64,000 nt of DNA, taken from assembly GCA_026418655.1 (NCBI GenBank), contig JAOAAW010000063.1, positions 9,835 through 73,834 of the forward strand, written 5' to 3'. Below are positions 46,439-56,897 of this stretch, piece after piece. The position numbers and the translations under genes are program-made. The notes below the pieces were generated by a model, which saw only the letters and a program-made list of their open reading frames with translations, had not been told where the DNA came from and did no database searches. The first letter of the stretch is position 1. Every line of letters begins with the position of its first letter. This stretch comes from a bacterium (lineage in GTDB: Bacteria; Ratteibacteria; UBA8468; B48-G9; DTJG01).

Positions 46439-47371
46439 TCATGTTCTCAATGGAGACCGTTCTATAATCCCATGTTCCAGTGGCTTATTCTTCAAAACTT
46501 CATTCGGACCATAAAATCCCTTGCTTATTCTGCAGAGTGAATAAAAAATTGTGTTTGGACCAACAAACACTCCAGGGTCAGATACTGAATTGCAGCCAAC
46601 CTGAGACCAATCACCGAGGATAATTCCTATCTTGGGTCTCCCTATATCATATTTTTTATCGCCAAGGTCTATTACAACATTTTTCTTTCCAAAAATCCCT
46701 GCATATATTCCAAGATTTGCGGTGGTTGCCTGATTGCCAAAATGGGTGGCATAGCCACAGATACTGTCTCCAACATACGAAGGGTGAGGAAAATTTGCTT
46801 TATCCATCATTACACCATTTTTTATTTCTCCTCTGAAAGTACCGCCATCACCAATTATTACATCTCCCCTTAAATATGTTCCCTGCCTTATCTCGTTTTT
46901 GTTTCCAATGATTGTTGGTCCTTTTATGCCTGTACCTGGTTCAATGGAATTGTTTTCTCCGATATAAATATCTCCCTCATCAAGGAAAATATTACTTCCA
47001 GCAAGAATTGTGTTCTTGCCAACAAAAAGGGACCTTTTTTCTTTGGTACTTCCCTTTATAAATGCTGGCTCAAAAACTGCTCCATCCTCAACATAAATGA
47101 CAAAATCTCCAATGCATTTTCCCCTGAAATTTTCTGGACCTAAAAGATTCACATTGCCTGCATTTATTTTTTGTGAAATTGCATTTTCAATCCATCTGCA
47201 CGCGTACGGATGTATTGCATCAAGAACCGCAATAACTGAATTGATTTCAGGACCTGAGAAAAGATCCTGATGTCTGAAAGGATATTTGTTGAAATCAAAA
47301 TAAAATTCGACTCTTAACCTTTCAGGTATATCATTTTTTGCTAGATTTTTAAGATTAATTATCTCTGCCAT
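46439..47371 (-). CDS. Stand-alone GlmU-like hexapeptide (LbH) acyltransferase
   Basis: IKGPTIIG..EIR..YLRG, EIKN, HPSYVGDSI, TTANL, KIGIILGD; no nucleotidyltransferase domain. Confidence 0.8.
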   Translation of the reverse strand: MAEIINLKNLAKNDIPERLRVEFYFDFNKYPFRHQDLFSGPEINSVIAVLDAIHPYACRWIENAISQKINAGNVNLLGPENFRGKCIGDFVIYVEDGAVFEPAFIKGSTKEKRSLFVGKNTILAGSNIFLDEGDIYIGENNSIEPGTGIKGPTIIGNKNEIRQGTYLRGDVIIGDGGTFRGEIKNGVMMDKANFPHPSYVGDSICGYATHFGNQATTANLGIYAGIFGKKNVVIDLGDKKYDIGRPKIGIILGDWSQVGCNSVSDPGVFVGPNTIFYSLCRISKGFYGPNEVLKNKPLEHGIIERSPLRT

Positions 47372-47405
47372 TTTTGCTCCTTGTTAAGTTTGACTATAAT
47401 ATAAT

Positions 47406-48425
47406 ATGAGTTGTGGAAAATTGCAAGAAAAGATCAAAAAGATGAAGCAAATTGATATCACCAGAGCGCTTTTGTTACTCCACAGAAGGGTTGTAAAAGA
47501 GCTGAAAAAGGAGGACCTCTTTAAAAAGGTTGTCCCTACGATACGGAAGATTGTGAAGTGCGATGGTTGCGCGATACTACTGGTGGAAAATGGGAAAATT
47601 TCAGTTGCTGCATGTACAGGTTTTTCTAAAAATTTAAGAAGCATGAAACTCAGCTCCTTGTTCTGGCCTATCAGCCATATCCTTAAAACCGGAAAAGGAT
47701 TGTTTGTTCAGGATATTAAAAACTCAAGGTTTGGTGGATGCCTTCCTGAAAACTGTGAAATGAAGGCAATAATGTGTGTTCCTGTTAAACTGAATGGCAG
47801 GGTTGCTGGCATAATTCATCTTGACTCAAAAAAGGCAGATGCTTTTACTACAAAAGATTTTGATTTTGTAAAACTCATTTCTTCAGAATTATCTTCAATT
47901 ATTGAAAGAAGTCTTCTCTATTCAGAGGTTGAACAGCTTTCAATAAAAGATCACTTAACAGGCTGCTATAACAGAAGAAATCTTTACCATGATCTCAAAA
48001 AGAGAATTGAGGAATGCAGAAGATATAAAAAAGTTTTTTCTGTTATTATGATAGATTTTGACAATTTCAAAAAATATAATGACAGGTTTGGTCACAGTAG
48101 AGGAGATGCTCTTCTGAAATCCATCTGTGGAAAACTGCGAAAGATTTTAAGAAAAGCCGATTCAATCTACAGATACGGTGGAGACGAATTTGTTGTTTTA
48201 CTTCCTGAAACAAACAAGGATGGTGCAAGAGTGTGCGCAAAGAGGCTTGAAGAAAATATAGAAAAAATGAACAAAAGAATTGACGAAAATACAAAAATTA
48301 CCCTCAGTACAGGTGTTGCAGGTTATCCGGAAGATGGTTCAACGCCTGCATCCCTGATAAAAATTGCTGATAGACAGATGTATAAAAATAAGGCTGCCAA
48401 AAAATCTGCGCAGGGTCTTATCTGA
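47406..48425 (+). CDS. GAF-GGDEF diguanylate cyclase
   Basis: GAF (CVPVK..GIIHLDS..F), DHLTG.YN, DFDNFK, RYGGDEF, I-site RKAD; start uncertain. Confidence 0.93.
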   Translation: MSCGKLQEKIKKMKQIDITRALLLLHRRVVKELKKEDLFKKVVPTIRKIVKCDGCAILLVENGKISVAACTGFSKNLRSMKLSSLFWPISHILKTGKGLFVQDIKNSRFGGCLPENCEMKAIMCVPVKLNGRVAGIIHLDSKKADAFTTKDFDFVKLISSELSSIIERSLLYSEVEQLSIKDHLTGCYNRRNLYHDLKKRIEECRRYKKVFSVIMIDFDNFKKYNDRFGHSRGDALLKSICGKLRKILRKADSIYRYGGDEFVVLLPETNKDGARVCAKRLEENIEKMNKRIDENTKITLSTGVAGYPEDGSTPASLIKIADRQMYKNKAAKKSAQGLI

Positions 48426-49341
48426 TTTCACACTCTTTAATTTTACCAAGAACCTTTTGATGTAGTTCTGGGTTTGTTGAAACAACCACATCAAGAACTG
48501 TTTTTACATTATCACTGCATCGGACTTTATTTCCATTAAAATCTGTCACGACTACCTCTGCCTGCTGGGCAATAAATATTCCTGAAAAAACATCCACAAA
48601 TGGCTGTTTCATTGCAAAATAAACATCAATCTTTCCCTCAGCAACATCAACAAATCCGTATGGTCCACCATTTGGTAGGAAAAACTTAAAGGGAAGCAAG
48701 AGTTCTCTGTATTTATCAACCAGTGGAATGAGAAATTTCTTTGGTTTCATCGCATATGATTCAATGCTTGCACCATCCATTTCTACCACATCGGGTCTGC
48801 CCATCTGCTGCCTGTATTTTCTATCAAGTTTTACTTCCTTGGTAATTCTGCCTCCTTCAACATCTGCAAGATATGCACCTTCTTTCCAGGCATAAGCAAT
48901 CTTTCCAGCGACACAATCTCCAACACAGCAACACACAGGATTGAAATTTTTATCATAAAATGCGACCGAGCTGTACCAGAAATCCTTTATGCCATGCTTG
49001 AAAAGATAACTTCCATCAAATGGGTCGCAGACAGCATACAGAATATCTCCTGGTTTATCAGTGTTTATTTCCACCCTTCCTGCTTCTTCTGAAAGAAGTA
49101 TCACCGGTCTACCCCAATCTTCAAGCCTCTTTTTGTATGTGTTCTCAGTATCTTTATCAACCTTCAAAATGTCTGGGTCCCAGCTTTTGTACTCTCCGAG
49201 TCGTTTTTCAACTTCTTCCCAGCCAATGTTTTTGTCACTGAGATCTTTTACTATCTCAAGTCCCTCTGAAACCAGTGCAAGGTTGAATGCAAGAATTTCA
49301 TCCTTTTGAGAAAAATTTTCAAGCCTCTTTTTAAAATCCAT
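48418..49341 (-). CDS. Inositol monophosphatase/FBPase family protein
   Basis: VD..E, LSEE, CDPFDGS, VAEGKIDVY. Confidence 0.85.
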   Translation of the reverse strand: MDFKKRLENFSQKDEILAFNLALVSEGLEIVKDLSDKNIGWEEVEKRLGEYKSWDPDILKVDKDTENTYKKRLEDWGRPVILLSEEAGRVEINTDKPGDILYAVCDPFDGSYLFKHGIKDFWYSSVAFYDKNFNPVCCCVGDCVAGKIAYAWKEGAYLADVEGGRITKEVKLDRKYRQQMGRPDVVEMDGASIESYAMKPKKFLIPLVDKYRELLLPFKFFLPNGGPYGFVDVAEGKIDVYFAMKQPFVDVFSGIFIAQQAEVVVTDFNGNKVRCSDNVKTVLDVVVSTNPELHQKVLGKIKECEIR

Positions 49342-49355
49342 CGTCTCCCCCTTTT

Positions 49356-50546
49356 TCAGTGTTCATATTGACAGATTTCTGGATTTTCCTGCCACATACC
49401 ACCATCGGCATAACTTCTTCTTTGCCAGCGATAGTATAATTTTTTTGAAAGAAAAAAGCAATTTGTTATAAGCGTATAACCTGTAAGCCCCTGGTTTGGA
49501 TGGAGTCTTAAACCATCTTTTCTCAATCCTTCAGGGTAGGGTGTGATAAAAAGTTTTATTATATCTCTGGCTGCTGGTTTTTTTCCAAGATTTCTCAGTT
49601 TTTCTCTCAATATTGTTTCAAGATTATTACAGGTATCCCAGAAAAGTGCGTCAGGTCCATCATCAGGAAGGTTGAAAAACTTTCTATAAAGCAATCTCTG
49701 CTTTCTCTGATATTTCGCCTGTGGTGATTCAGGATTCCTGCATACCAAACCGCTGATATGCGTAAAATGTACCTTCTCATCTTGCCTGAAAGCTTCAAAA
49801 TAGTTTCTGCTGCATTTTTCTATCGCCACACTATTGTATTTCCTATCATAAATCAAAATATTGGCACCGCCCCAGAACAAAGAATATTTTTTGAGAAATT
49901 CCAAGGCCGACAATGTATCACTGGCATAATGGTATACCATCTCATAAACAGGTAGGGGAAAAATCTCTTCTGGTTCATCATCAATGTGTAATCCAGAACC
50001 AACCCCATCCATTACAAAAGGTTTTCCGTACCATGGTGCATTTGAAATGTGGTCCTTTGATGGAAGTGGTGGTGCTGGTTTCCAGTAGGTTATCGGGTCA
50101 TCAACATTTTTTATATGCATGGGTCCCATATCAGTATCAGGCAAAAAAGCAACCCTACATTTTTCGTCTGAAGAACTTTTCCTTAAACCAAATTCTCTGT
50201 ATCCACGAAATGTCAGATAATCATTTACACTTCTTAGAATTGCCATGTCCCGCAATGTTAGAGAAGCATATTCCATCAAATATTTATCACGTTTCAACAC
50301 AAACTCAACCCAGTTCTTAGATTCTGGATATTTTGTAAATGAGGGGCTTTTTGACATGGCTTCTTTGTAGTAATCTTCTACCCCTGCCAGGATATCTTCT
50401 TTTTTCACCCATGGAGCATCAGCAACTATCCTTTCAATGCCTGCTTCCAGATAGTAAGGGCGGTCCGCATTTATTCTTTTTGCCTCCTGCGCGGCAACAA
50501 TCTCGGGGTCTGGTATTTCAGGTTTCAAAATTTTATTATCCCACAT
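49356..50546 (-). CDS. Ntn-hydrolase, peptidase C45/AAT-like
   Basis: Internal EK|CRVAF...HIKNVD pattern resembling the C45 autocleavage Cys and the following N-x-D motif. Confidence 0.6.
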   Translation of the reverse strand: MWDNKILKPEIPDPEIVAAQEAKRINADRPYYLEAGIERIVADAPWVKKEDILAGVEDYYKEAMSKSPSFTKYPESKNWVEFVLKRDKYLMEYASLTLRDMAILRSVNDYLTFRGYREFGLRKSSSDEKCRVAFLPDTDMGPMHIKNVDDPITYWKPAPPLPSKDHISNAPWYGKPFVMDGVGSGLHIDDEPEEIFPLPVYEMVYHYASDTLSALEFLKKYSLFWGGANILIYDRKYNSVAIEKCSRNYFEAFRQDEKVHFTHISGLVCRNPESPQAKYQRKQRLLYRKFFNLPDDGPDALFWDTCNNLETILREKLRNLGKKPAARDIIKLFITPYPEGLRKDGLRLHPNQGLTGYTLITNCFFLSKKLYYRWQRRSYADGGMWQENPEICQYEH

Positions 50547-50557
50547 AAAAACTTCTT

Positions 50558-53539
50558 TTATCTGATTATCACTGCATCTGCTATATCTAAATCAAAATGT
50601 ATTTCTGTTTTTTCCTGTGAAAAATTAATTTCTTTTATTGGTCTTCCGCTGGCAAGAGATATTTTCCTATTTTTTAAATTCATTTTGAATTCCAGAATTG
50701 CACCGTTGATACTCTGGTTACTCCAGTTAATCAAAGGAATAACCATACCCTCTTTTGATTCAATAACTGTGGTTTCAATAAAACCAAGCTCATTACCATT
50801 TTTATCTCTGACAAAACTTACTGGATTTCCTGAAACCGCAGATTTAACCAGAAAACCTATATTCTTTTCAAAATCTACCGGGATAAAATGCGCCATCGCA
50901 TCATCAGTGGAACCCCTGTCTACAGGTTTGAGTGGTATTGCTGGTTTGAAATAGCTGATGCCTGGAAGAAATGCACAATAAATTATTTTACCCCTGCCAT
51001 ACTCCACATTAATAATGGCTGGCAATCCATCAGAAAATCTTCCAATTGTTTTGAAAGTACCCGGTTTAATCTTGCATACGGCACCGTATACCGGTATTGA
51101 AACCTTTTTACCTTCTATTTCAACAATCTCAGTAATCGGTCTTGCAAAAGGCAGGTCCTGTTTTTCAAACTCAATCCTGCTTTCGGGCAGTTCCAATATT
51201 TCCTGTTGAATTCCGAGCATTTGCTGGAATACTTCGTTTCTTCTATTATACTGGTCGAACATTCCAGCACCTGCTGTTAAAAAAAGTGTTCCACCATTTT
51301 TAACCCAATCTGCAATTTTCTTTGAAGCATCAAGGGAAATATGTCTATCTGTGATAAAGATTGTTTTATATTTTTCTATCGTGCCATCAAGGGCGTCCTG
51401 TTCAACAATAAAATCCAGGGGTATCTGATTATTACGAATGGTTATATAAAGCGTCCGTTTTTCTGCTGCAAATGGACCGTTGTTGTCATCCCAGATATCA
51501 GCGGTTTCGCTAAACCACAATGCTGACTCTGCCTGCCTGACATACCCATTTTGCACAATATCTTCAAAAAGCCCATACTCTCTGAAACTTCTCAGGACCA
51601 TTTCATACATCTCAGGATTTGTAACATGATTTTCTGTATATGCGAGCCAGACAGGTTGAAACTCAAAAAGATTGAAAATCTTTGCTCCATGGGAAATTGC
51701 AGCAAAAAACTGCCTTTTCCACATATTAGGTGTATTACCTGGCCAGTGCGGCATGACATAATAGTGGATTAATCTATCCGGCTTACCTCTAATAGCGCAA
51801 AGAAACATATCAAGATTTATCTCATTCATCTGAGGACTGCCCACAGGTATTTGCCAGATATAATCTTCTGACCAAGGCATTGTTAAACCATCCTCTCTGA
51901 AACAGTTTATCCATTGAAATACTTCTCCAAGATAAGAGTGTGCATAGCCACCATGGTGCGGTGAAAAATTTGCTCCAATCCCTGCGTTTGGCAGGTATTT
52001 TCTCAAAACATCTGTTAGTTCCTTAGTTTTCTGTATTCCATAGTAATTCCTGAATCTCTTTGACCAGTAAAATAAGGCAGGGTTTGTTTCCTTTATTTTC
52101 GGATCAGGATTGTAAATAATCTTGCTCCAATCTCCTGAGGGCTCAATATCCTGTGGGTTTACCTTCTGCGACTTTAAATATTCTGCAAAACCCTCTCTGG
52201 CCGCCTTTGCATCAGGAACAGGCAGTTGTATCTCATCTCCCAGACTTACCACCCTGATATTTTTTCTCTGGTCTGGAGAAAGGTTCTGACATACAGATTC
52301 AAGCTGGGATGCGTTTTTATCCCTCCAGTCGACATAAACATCTCCTTCTGTAGTAAAAAGACCGAAAAGTTTCGGGAATTCCTTTATTGATGTTGAGGCA
52401 AAGATTAAGGTTTTTTCGGGTGTTTTGCCGTGTGTTTTCAAACTCCTGAGGTATCCTGTAAGCTGGTTTACTTCTTCCTGCGGGGTTGAAATTTTTTTAC
52501 TGTATCTTGTGTCTGCAAATCCTACAAGACTCAGATTACCGGTTTGTGTTATTCTGTATTCTTTAATTTTCTCAATCTTTCCTGAAGCATTTTTTACACC
52601 AAACTCTATGGTGCAGCTTCCTTCTATAGAAAACCCCCATTGTCCATCATTCAAACTATCCATTGTAGAACCAACCTCAACCCACTCTGTTGTTTGCCCT
52701 GCCTCCACAGAAATATTTATTGGTTTCCAGTTTCTCATATGAACCCAGTAAGGAGAATGCTGCTGAAAAGGACCACCAGGAAAGGACAGGCTTTTTACAA
52801 TTACCTTTTCTTTACCTGTATTTATTACCCTCATCCACACATCACCTGCCTGAGTAAGCCATCCATCAAGCGGCAGATAACCTTCTTTTTCAATTCTATT
52901 CATCACCTGCTGATGGTCTTTTGTCAGCATTATGATATCCACATTTCTTTTAGCGGCTGGCTCTGGTTGTTTTGACGCTATCAATGAAATTTTTGCACTG
53001 CCACTGTTTAATCTCACCGTTGCATCATGACCCTCCCATACAATATTTTCAACAGCACCCCAGCTCCACGCTACTTCTTTTTTAAGTTTTTCACCGAAAG
53101 CCCATATCCTCAGATTATCCCTTGAGCCATACAGTCTATCCATCAAAACCTTTCCATCCTGCTCTATTTTTATTCTGAACTGTGTCTCAAACCTGTAAGG
53201 TGCCTCATATCTTGCAAGAACAAGATATTCGCCTGCCTGGTCAACATTTATATTAATACTTGCTACAGATTCATCACATTGTTCAGGTGCTTGGAGAAAC
53301 GCTTTTCTAGAAAGAAAGGTATTGGCAAATGTCGCGGCAAAATAGTTTTCACCCCAGTTTCTTGCCTTCCAGAGTCCTTTTTCAACCCTGAATTCTTCTG
53401 CTTCGCAGAATATTGTTCCATCCGGTGCAACTATTACAGGTTCGTTATTGCTTCTAAACTTCTGTGCTGGATGCGTATCAGACATTAGATTTATTACAAA
53501 TGCCGCCAGAACAAAAAAAATAATAAAACTTACTCTCAT
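50558..53539 (-). CDS. Secreted GH42-like/beta-galactosidase trimerisation-domain protein
   Basis: Signal peptide, EAEEF CBM-like start, SLGDE, C-terminal class I GATase-like domain (WVKNGGTL). Confidence 0.65.
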   Translation of the reverse strand: MRVSFIIFFVLAAFVINLMSDTHPAQKFRSNNEPVIVAPDGTIFCEAEEFRVEKGLWKARNWGENYFAATFANTFLSRKAFLQAPEQCDESVASININVDQAGEYLVLARYEAPYRFETQFRIKIEQDGKVLMDRLYGSRDNLRIWAFGEKLKKEVAWSWGAVENIVWEGHDATVRLNSGSAKISLIASKQPEPAAKRNVDIIMLTKDHQQVMNRIEKEGYLPLDGWLTQAGDVWMRVINTGKEKVIVKSLSFPGGPFQQHSPYWVHMRNWKPINISVEAGQTTEWVEVGSTMDSLNDGQWGFSIEGSCTIEFGVKNASGKIEKIKEYRITQTGNLSLVGFADTRYSKKISTPQEEVNQLTGYLRSLKTHGKTPEKTLIFASTSIKEFPKLFGLFTTEGDVYVDWRDKNASQLESVCQNLSPDQRKNIRVVSLGDEIQLPVPDAKAAREGFAEYLKSQKVNPQDIEPSGDWSKIIYNPDPKIKETNPALFYWSKRFRNYYGIQKTKELTDVLRKYLPNAGIGANFSPHHGGYAHSYLGEVFQWINCFREDGLTMPWSEDYIWQIPVGSPQMNEINLDMFLCAIRGKPDRLIHYYVMPHWPGNTPNMWKRQFFAAISHGAKIFNLFEFQPVWLAYTENHVTNPEMYEMVLRSFREYGLFEDIVQNGYVRQAESALWFSETADIWDDNNGPFAAEKRTLYITIRNNQIPLDFIVEQDALDGTIEKYKTIFITDRHISLDASKKIADWVKNGGTLFLTAGAGMFDQYNRRNEVFQQMLGIQQEILELPESRIEFEKQDLPFARPITEIVEIEGKKVSIPVYGAVCKIKPGTFKTIGRFSDGLPAIINVEYGRGKIIYCAFLPGISYFKPAIPLKPVDRGSTDDAMAHFIPVDFEKNIGFLVKSAVSGNPVSFVRDKNGNELGFIETTVIESKEGMVIPLINWSNQSINGAILEFKMNLKNRKISLASGRPIKEINFSQEKTEIHFDLDIADAVIIR

Positions 53540-53542
53540 CTT

Positions 53543-54427
53543 TCACCTCTCTTTTGTATCCCACATTTTGGAAAAATTCAACCACTGGTCTGGATATTTC
53601 ATAATATACTTTTCAAGATATCTCGCTCCCTGCTCAACAAGAGATTGAACTTTTTGCTGTTCATCAGTATCGGGCATCTCCATGGGTCTATCAAAAACAA
53701 GCATATATTTTCCCCTTTTTTTCCTGATTAAGAACCCTGCAAGATATCCTGCATTACACTTCACCGCCAAAGTCGCTGGACCACGTGGAAGAAAAGTATC
53801 TTTTCCCATAAATTTTACACAGATTCCTTTTTCTGTAAATAATCTGTCTCCAAGTATCGCAATGACACCATTTTTTTTCAAAGCCCTCAGATACTCCTTG
53901 GGATTTGCGCCGGTGAGTATTACATTTACTCCTTTGCTTTTTCGCCTTCTGACAAAAACTAATGCTATTTTTTCATTTTTAAAAGGAAGGGCTACTGCTG
54001 AAAGATTGTATCCAAGCAAACTTGTTACTACTCCCGCAAGCTCCCAGTTTCCAAGGTGCGCTGTAAGTACAATTGCACCTTTTGATTTTTCAAGAACATG
54101 GTCAAGATAATGGATATTAACAACCTCTACCTTTTTTTGTACCATTTCTCTGTTCCACTTCGGTATCTGAAAAAATTCTACCATGTAGATACCAAAATTT
54201 CTATAAATTCTTTTCACAATTTTTTTTAGTAATTTTTCATCAAAATCTATATTATGTGTTTGTTGCCTGTAAATAAGAACCTGCCTGATGTTGCCGGTGA
54301 TAATTTTTTTAAGTACCGGGCAGAACCAGTATCTTAATTCAGCAATGGTGTTACCAATAAAATAGGCAAACCATTCGGGCAAATGCATACCGAGAAAGCA
54401 AAAAAACCTGTATAGCAGGTATTCCAT
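53543..54427 (-). CDS. Lipid A biosynthesis acyltransferase (LpxL/LpxP family)
   Basis: LTAHLGNWE, ILGDR, V.FMG, GPATLA, YPDQW. Confidence 0.9.
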   Translation of the reverse strand: MEYLLYRFFCFLGMHLPEWFAYFIGNTIAELRYWFCPVLKKIITGNIRQVLIYRQQTHNIDFDEKLLKKIVKRIYRNFGIYMVEFFQIPKWNREMVQKKVEVVNIHYLDHVLEKSKGAIVLTAHLGNWELAGVVTSLLGYNLSAVALPFKNEKIALVFVRRRKSKGVNVILTGANPKEYLRALKKNGVIAILGDRLFTEKGICVKFMGKDTFLPRGPATLAVKCNAGYLAGFLIRKKRGKYMLVFDRPMEMPDTDEQQKVQSLVEQGARYLEKYIMKYPDQWLNFSKMWDTKER

Positions 54428-54436
54428 CTGAAAAAT

Positions 54437-55030
54437 TCAAGCTTTGAATCTATGTTCTATTGACTTTCTGAGTGTTTCCGCATCAACAAATTCAAGTTCT
54501 GAACCGACTGGAATGCCTGTTGCAAGCCGGCTTACTGGACAGTTATATTTCTTTAGTAGTTCTATCAGGTAAAGAGCAGTTGATTCGCCCTCTGGTGTTG
54601 GATTTGTTGCTATAATAATCTCTGAAACTTCTTCTTTCTTTAGCCTTTCAAGTAATCTTGATATTGAAAGGTTTTCAGGTCCTATTTTTTCTAGTGGATC
54701 TATTCTTCCACCAAGTACATGGTACTTTCCCCGAAAACCTGCTCTTTCCAGAGCCACCGCATCCTTGTATTCCTCAACGATAGCAATCTTGTTTTCCCTT
54801 GATAGATCCTTGCAGACATCACATAACTCGCTGTCTGAGATTAAATAGCAGTTCCTGCATACTTTCACATCCTCCCTTAATTTTTTCAGGTTTTCAGCAA
54901 ATGACATCAGCTCTTCTTTTTCCATTCTCAGAAAAAACTCAACAATTCTTTCTGCACTCTTTGTTCCTATACCTGGCAGCTTTTTCAGCTGCTCAATGAT
55001 AGTTGCTATGATCTTTGGATATGTTTCCAT
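54437..55030 (-). CDS. recR: Recombination mediator RecR
   Basis: LPGIGTKSAER, C4 zinc finger, YHVLGG, ATNPTPEGE. Confidence 0.97.
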   Translation of the reverse strand: METYPKIIATIIEQLKKLPGIGTKSAERIVEFFLRMEKEELMSFAENLKKLREDVKVCRNCYLISDSELCDVCKDLSRENKIAIVEEYKDAVALERAGFRGKYHVLGGRIDPLEKIGPENLSISRLLERLKKEEVSEIIIATNPTPEGESTALYLIELLKKYNCPVSRLATGIPVGSELEFVDAETLRKSIEHRFKA

Positions 55031-55031
55031 A

Positions 55032-55340
55032 TTAGAATGGTAAATTACCTAAATCACCCAGCATATTTTTTGTTTCTTCCTGGATAATTTTCTCAATCTC
55101 TTTTTGTGCTCTCTGCCATAATTGAAGAAGTGCCTTTTCCAGTACGGTTTTATTCTCGGCATATAGCATGTCAGGAGAGATATCTATATAAAGTAATTCC
55201 ATCTTTCCATTCACTTTTATCTTTATTTTTCCATCAGGAGATGAAACTTCACACACTCTTCCTTCAAGAATTTTCTGAAATCTTCCTGCCTGCTTTCTCA
55301 ATTGACCTGCCTGCTTCAGCATTTCAAATATATTAGCCAT
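55032..55340 (-). CDS. ybaB: YbaB/EbfC nucleoid-associated protein
   Basis: Lies between dnaX and recR; MLKQA..KVNGKMEL..IDISP. Confidence 0.9.
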   Translation of the reverse strand: MANIFEMLKQAGQLRKQAGRFQKILEGRVCEVSSPDGKIKIKVNGKMELLYIDISPDMLYAENKTVLEKALLQLWQRAQKEIEKIIQEETKNMLGDLGNLPF

Positions 55341-56895
55341 TTGTATCCTCCGTTTCAATAATTTCTCCGCCGCCAAAAAAATCAATTATCTCCCTGACCT
55401 CAGGACTTTCTTTCAATGGTATTTTTTTTTCTGAAGCAAGAACAAAGCAGCTAATAGCATATCGGTCTCCAAGCAATTTTTCAAGATTTCTTTCAATAAA
55501 TACCTTATTGTCATTAACCTTCTGACACAAAAATTTAAAACTTTCCTGAAAAGCAATGTGTATACATTTGTTCTCAACTTTAACAGGTTTTCCTTCCCTT
55601 AAAGCAGCGTATACAAGGGGTCTGTTTTTCTTTATCAGCGATAAAATTTCCTCCCATTTTCTATTGATTTTTGAAAACTCATCCTCTGGCTGTTGTTCTT
55701 CTTCAACAGCAATATCAGGCATCTGTGAGGTATCCTGCTCCTTTTCCTGCGTTTTTGATACTTCTTCTTTTTTTGACACAGTTATTTCATCTCTCAATTC
55801 AATATCTGTCTTCAGTACATCCACAAGATTGAAAAATAATAGTTCCGCAAGCACAAGTTCCAGTGGTTCGTATCTAATTTTTTCTTTCGTCTGCATTATC
55901 AGTTCAAGTGCTTTCACAAATTTTTCAGTCGCAACAGGTCTAAAATATTCAATCCATACACCATCTGTTTCTTCATCTCTTGCAGTTATACCATAGTGAT
56001 CCCATATCACAGTTTGAACCTTTTTAGCCATGGTTCCAAGGAGATTGGTAATATCCTTTCCTTCACAGACAAGTTTATGTAACAGACTAATTGAATTTTT
56101 TACATCACCTTTTACCATCGATTTTAATATCTCCCATATACTCTCTCCTGGGACAACGCCCAAAACTTCCATCGTCAATTCTGGTGTAATATTATTATCT
56201 TCAGCAAGTACCATAATCTGGTCAAGATACCCAAGAATGTCCCTCAATGACCCTGTTCCTGCTTCTATGAGTTTTTTCATTGCCTCAGGGGTAATTGTAT
56301 AACCTTCATTTCTGACAATTTTGTCCACCATCATTTTAATTTCATCATAACCGATTGGTTTAAAATCGTAACGCTGACATCTGGAAATAATTGTCGGTAG
56401 AATTTTTTCTGGCGCAGTCGTTGCAAAAATAAACTTTACATATTCGGGCGGCTCTTCCAGGGTTTTCAAAAGTGCGTTAAACGCCTCATTTGTAAGCATA
56501 TGCACCTCATCTATAAGATAGATTTTGTATCTGGCTTTCGCTGGTCGCAGAGAAACCGCTTCTCTCAGAGAACGTATCTCCTCAATGCCACGGTTTGAAG
56601 CACCGTCTATTTCAAGGAAATCCATAGAGGTGCCCTCATCTATTTCCTTGCAGAAAACACACTTATTACATGGCTCCACAGCAGGACCTTCAACACAGTT
56701 CAATGCCTTTGCAAAGACCCTGGCAATGGTGGTTTTCCCAACCCCCCTTGGACCGGCAAACAAAAATGCATGTGGAATTCTGCCAGTGGATATCGCCTGC
56801 TGGAGTTTCCTAACAATAGAATTCTGACCTGCCACATCTCCAAATATTCTTGGCCTGTACTTTCGGGCAAGTACCTGATAAATATCGTTTCCCAT
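55333..56895 (-). CDS. dnaX: DNA polymerase III subunit gamma/tau
   Basis: LARKYRP, GPRGVGKT, EIDGASN, DEVHML, LEEPP, SRCQ. Confidence 0.97.
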   Translation of the reverse strand: MGNDIYQVLARKYRPRIFGDVAGQNSIVRKLQQAISTGRIPHAFLFAGPRGVGKTTIARVFAKALNCVEGPAVEPCNKCVFCKEIDEGTSMDFLEIDGASNRGIEEIRSLREAVSLRPAKARYKIYLIDEVHMLTNEAFNALLKTLEEPPEYVKFIFATTAPEKILPTIISRCQRYDFKPIGYDEIKMMVDKIVRNEGYTITPEAMKKLIEAGTGSLRDILGYLDQIMVLAEDNNITPELTMEVLGVVPGESIWEILKSMVKGDVKNSISLLHKLVCEGKDITNLLGTMAKKVQTVIWDHYGITARDEETDGVWIEYFRPVATEKFVKALELIMQTKEKIRYEPLELVLAELLFFNLVDVLKTDIELRDEITVSKKEEVSKTQEKEQDTSQMPDIAVEEEQQPEDEFSKINRKWEEILSLIKKNRPLVYAALREGKPVKVENKCIHIAFQESFKFLCQKVNDNKVFIERNLEKLLGDRYAISCFVLASEKKIPLKESPEVREIIDFFGGGEIIETEDTNG

Positions 56896-56897
56896 TT

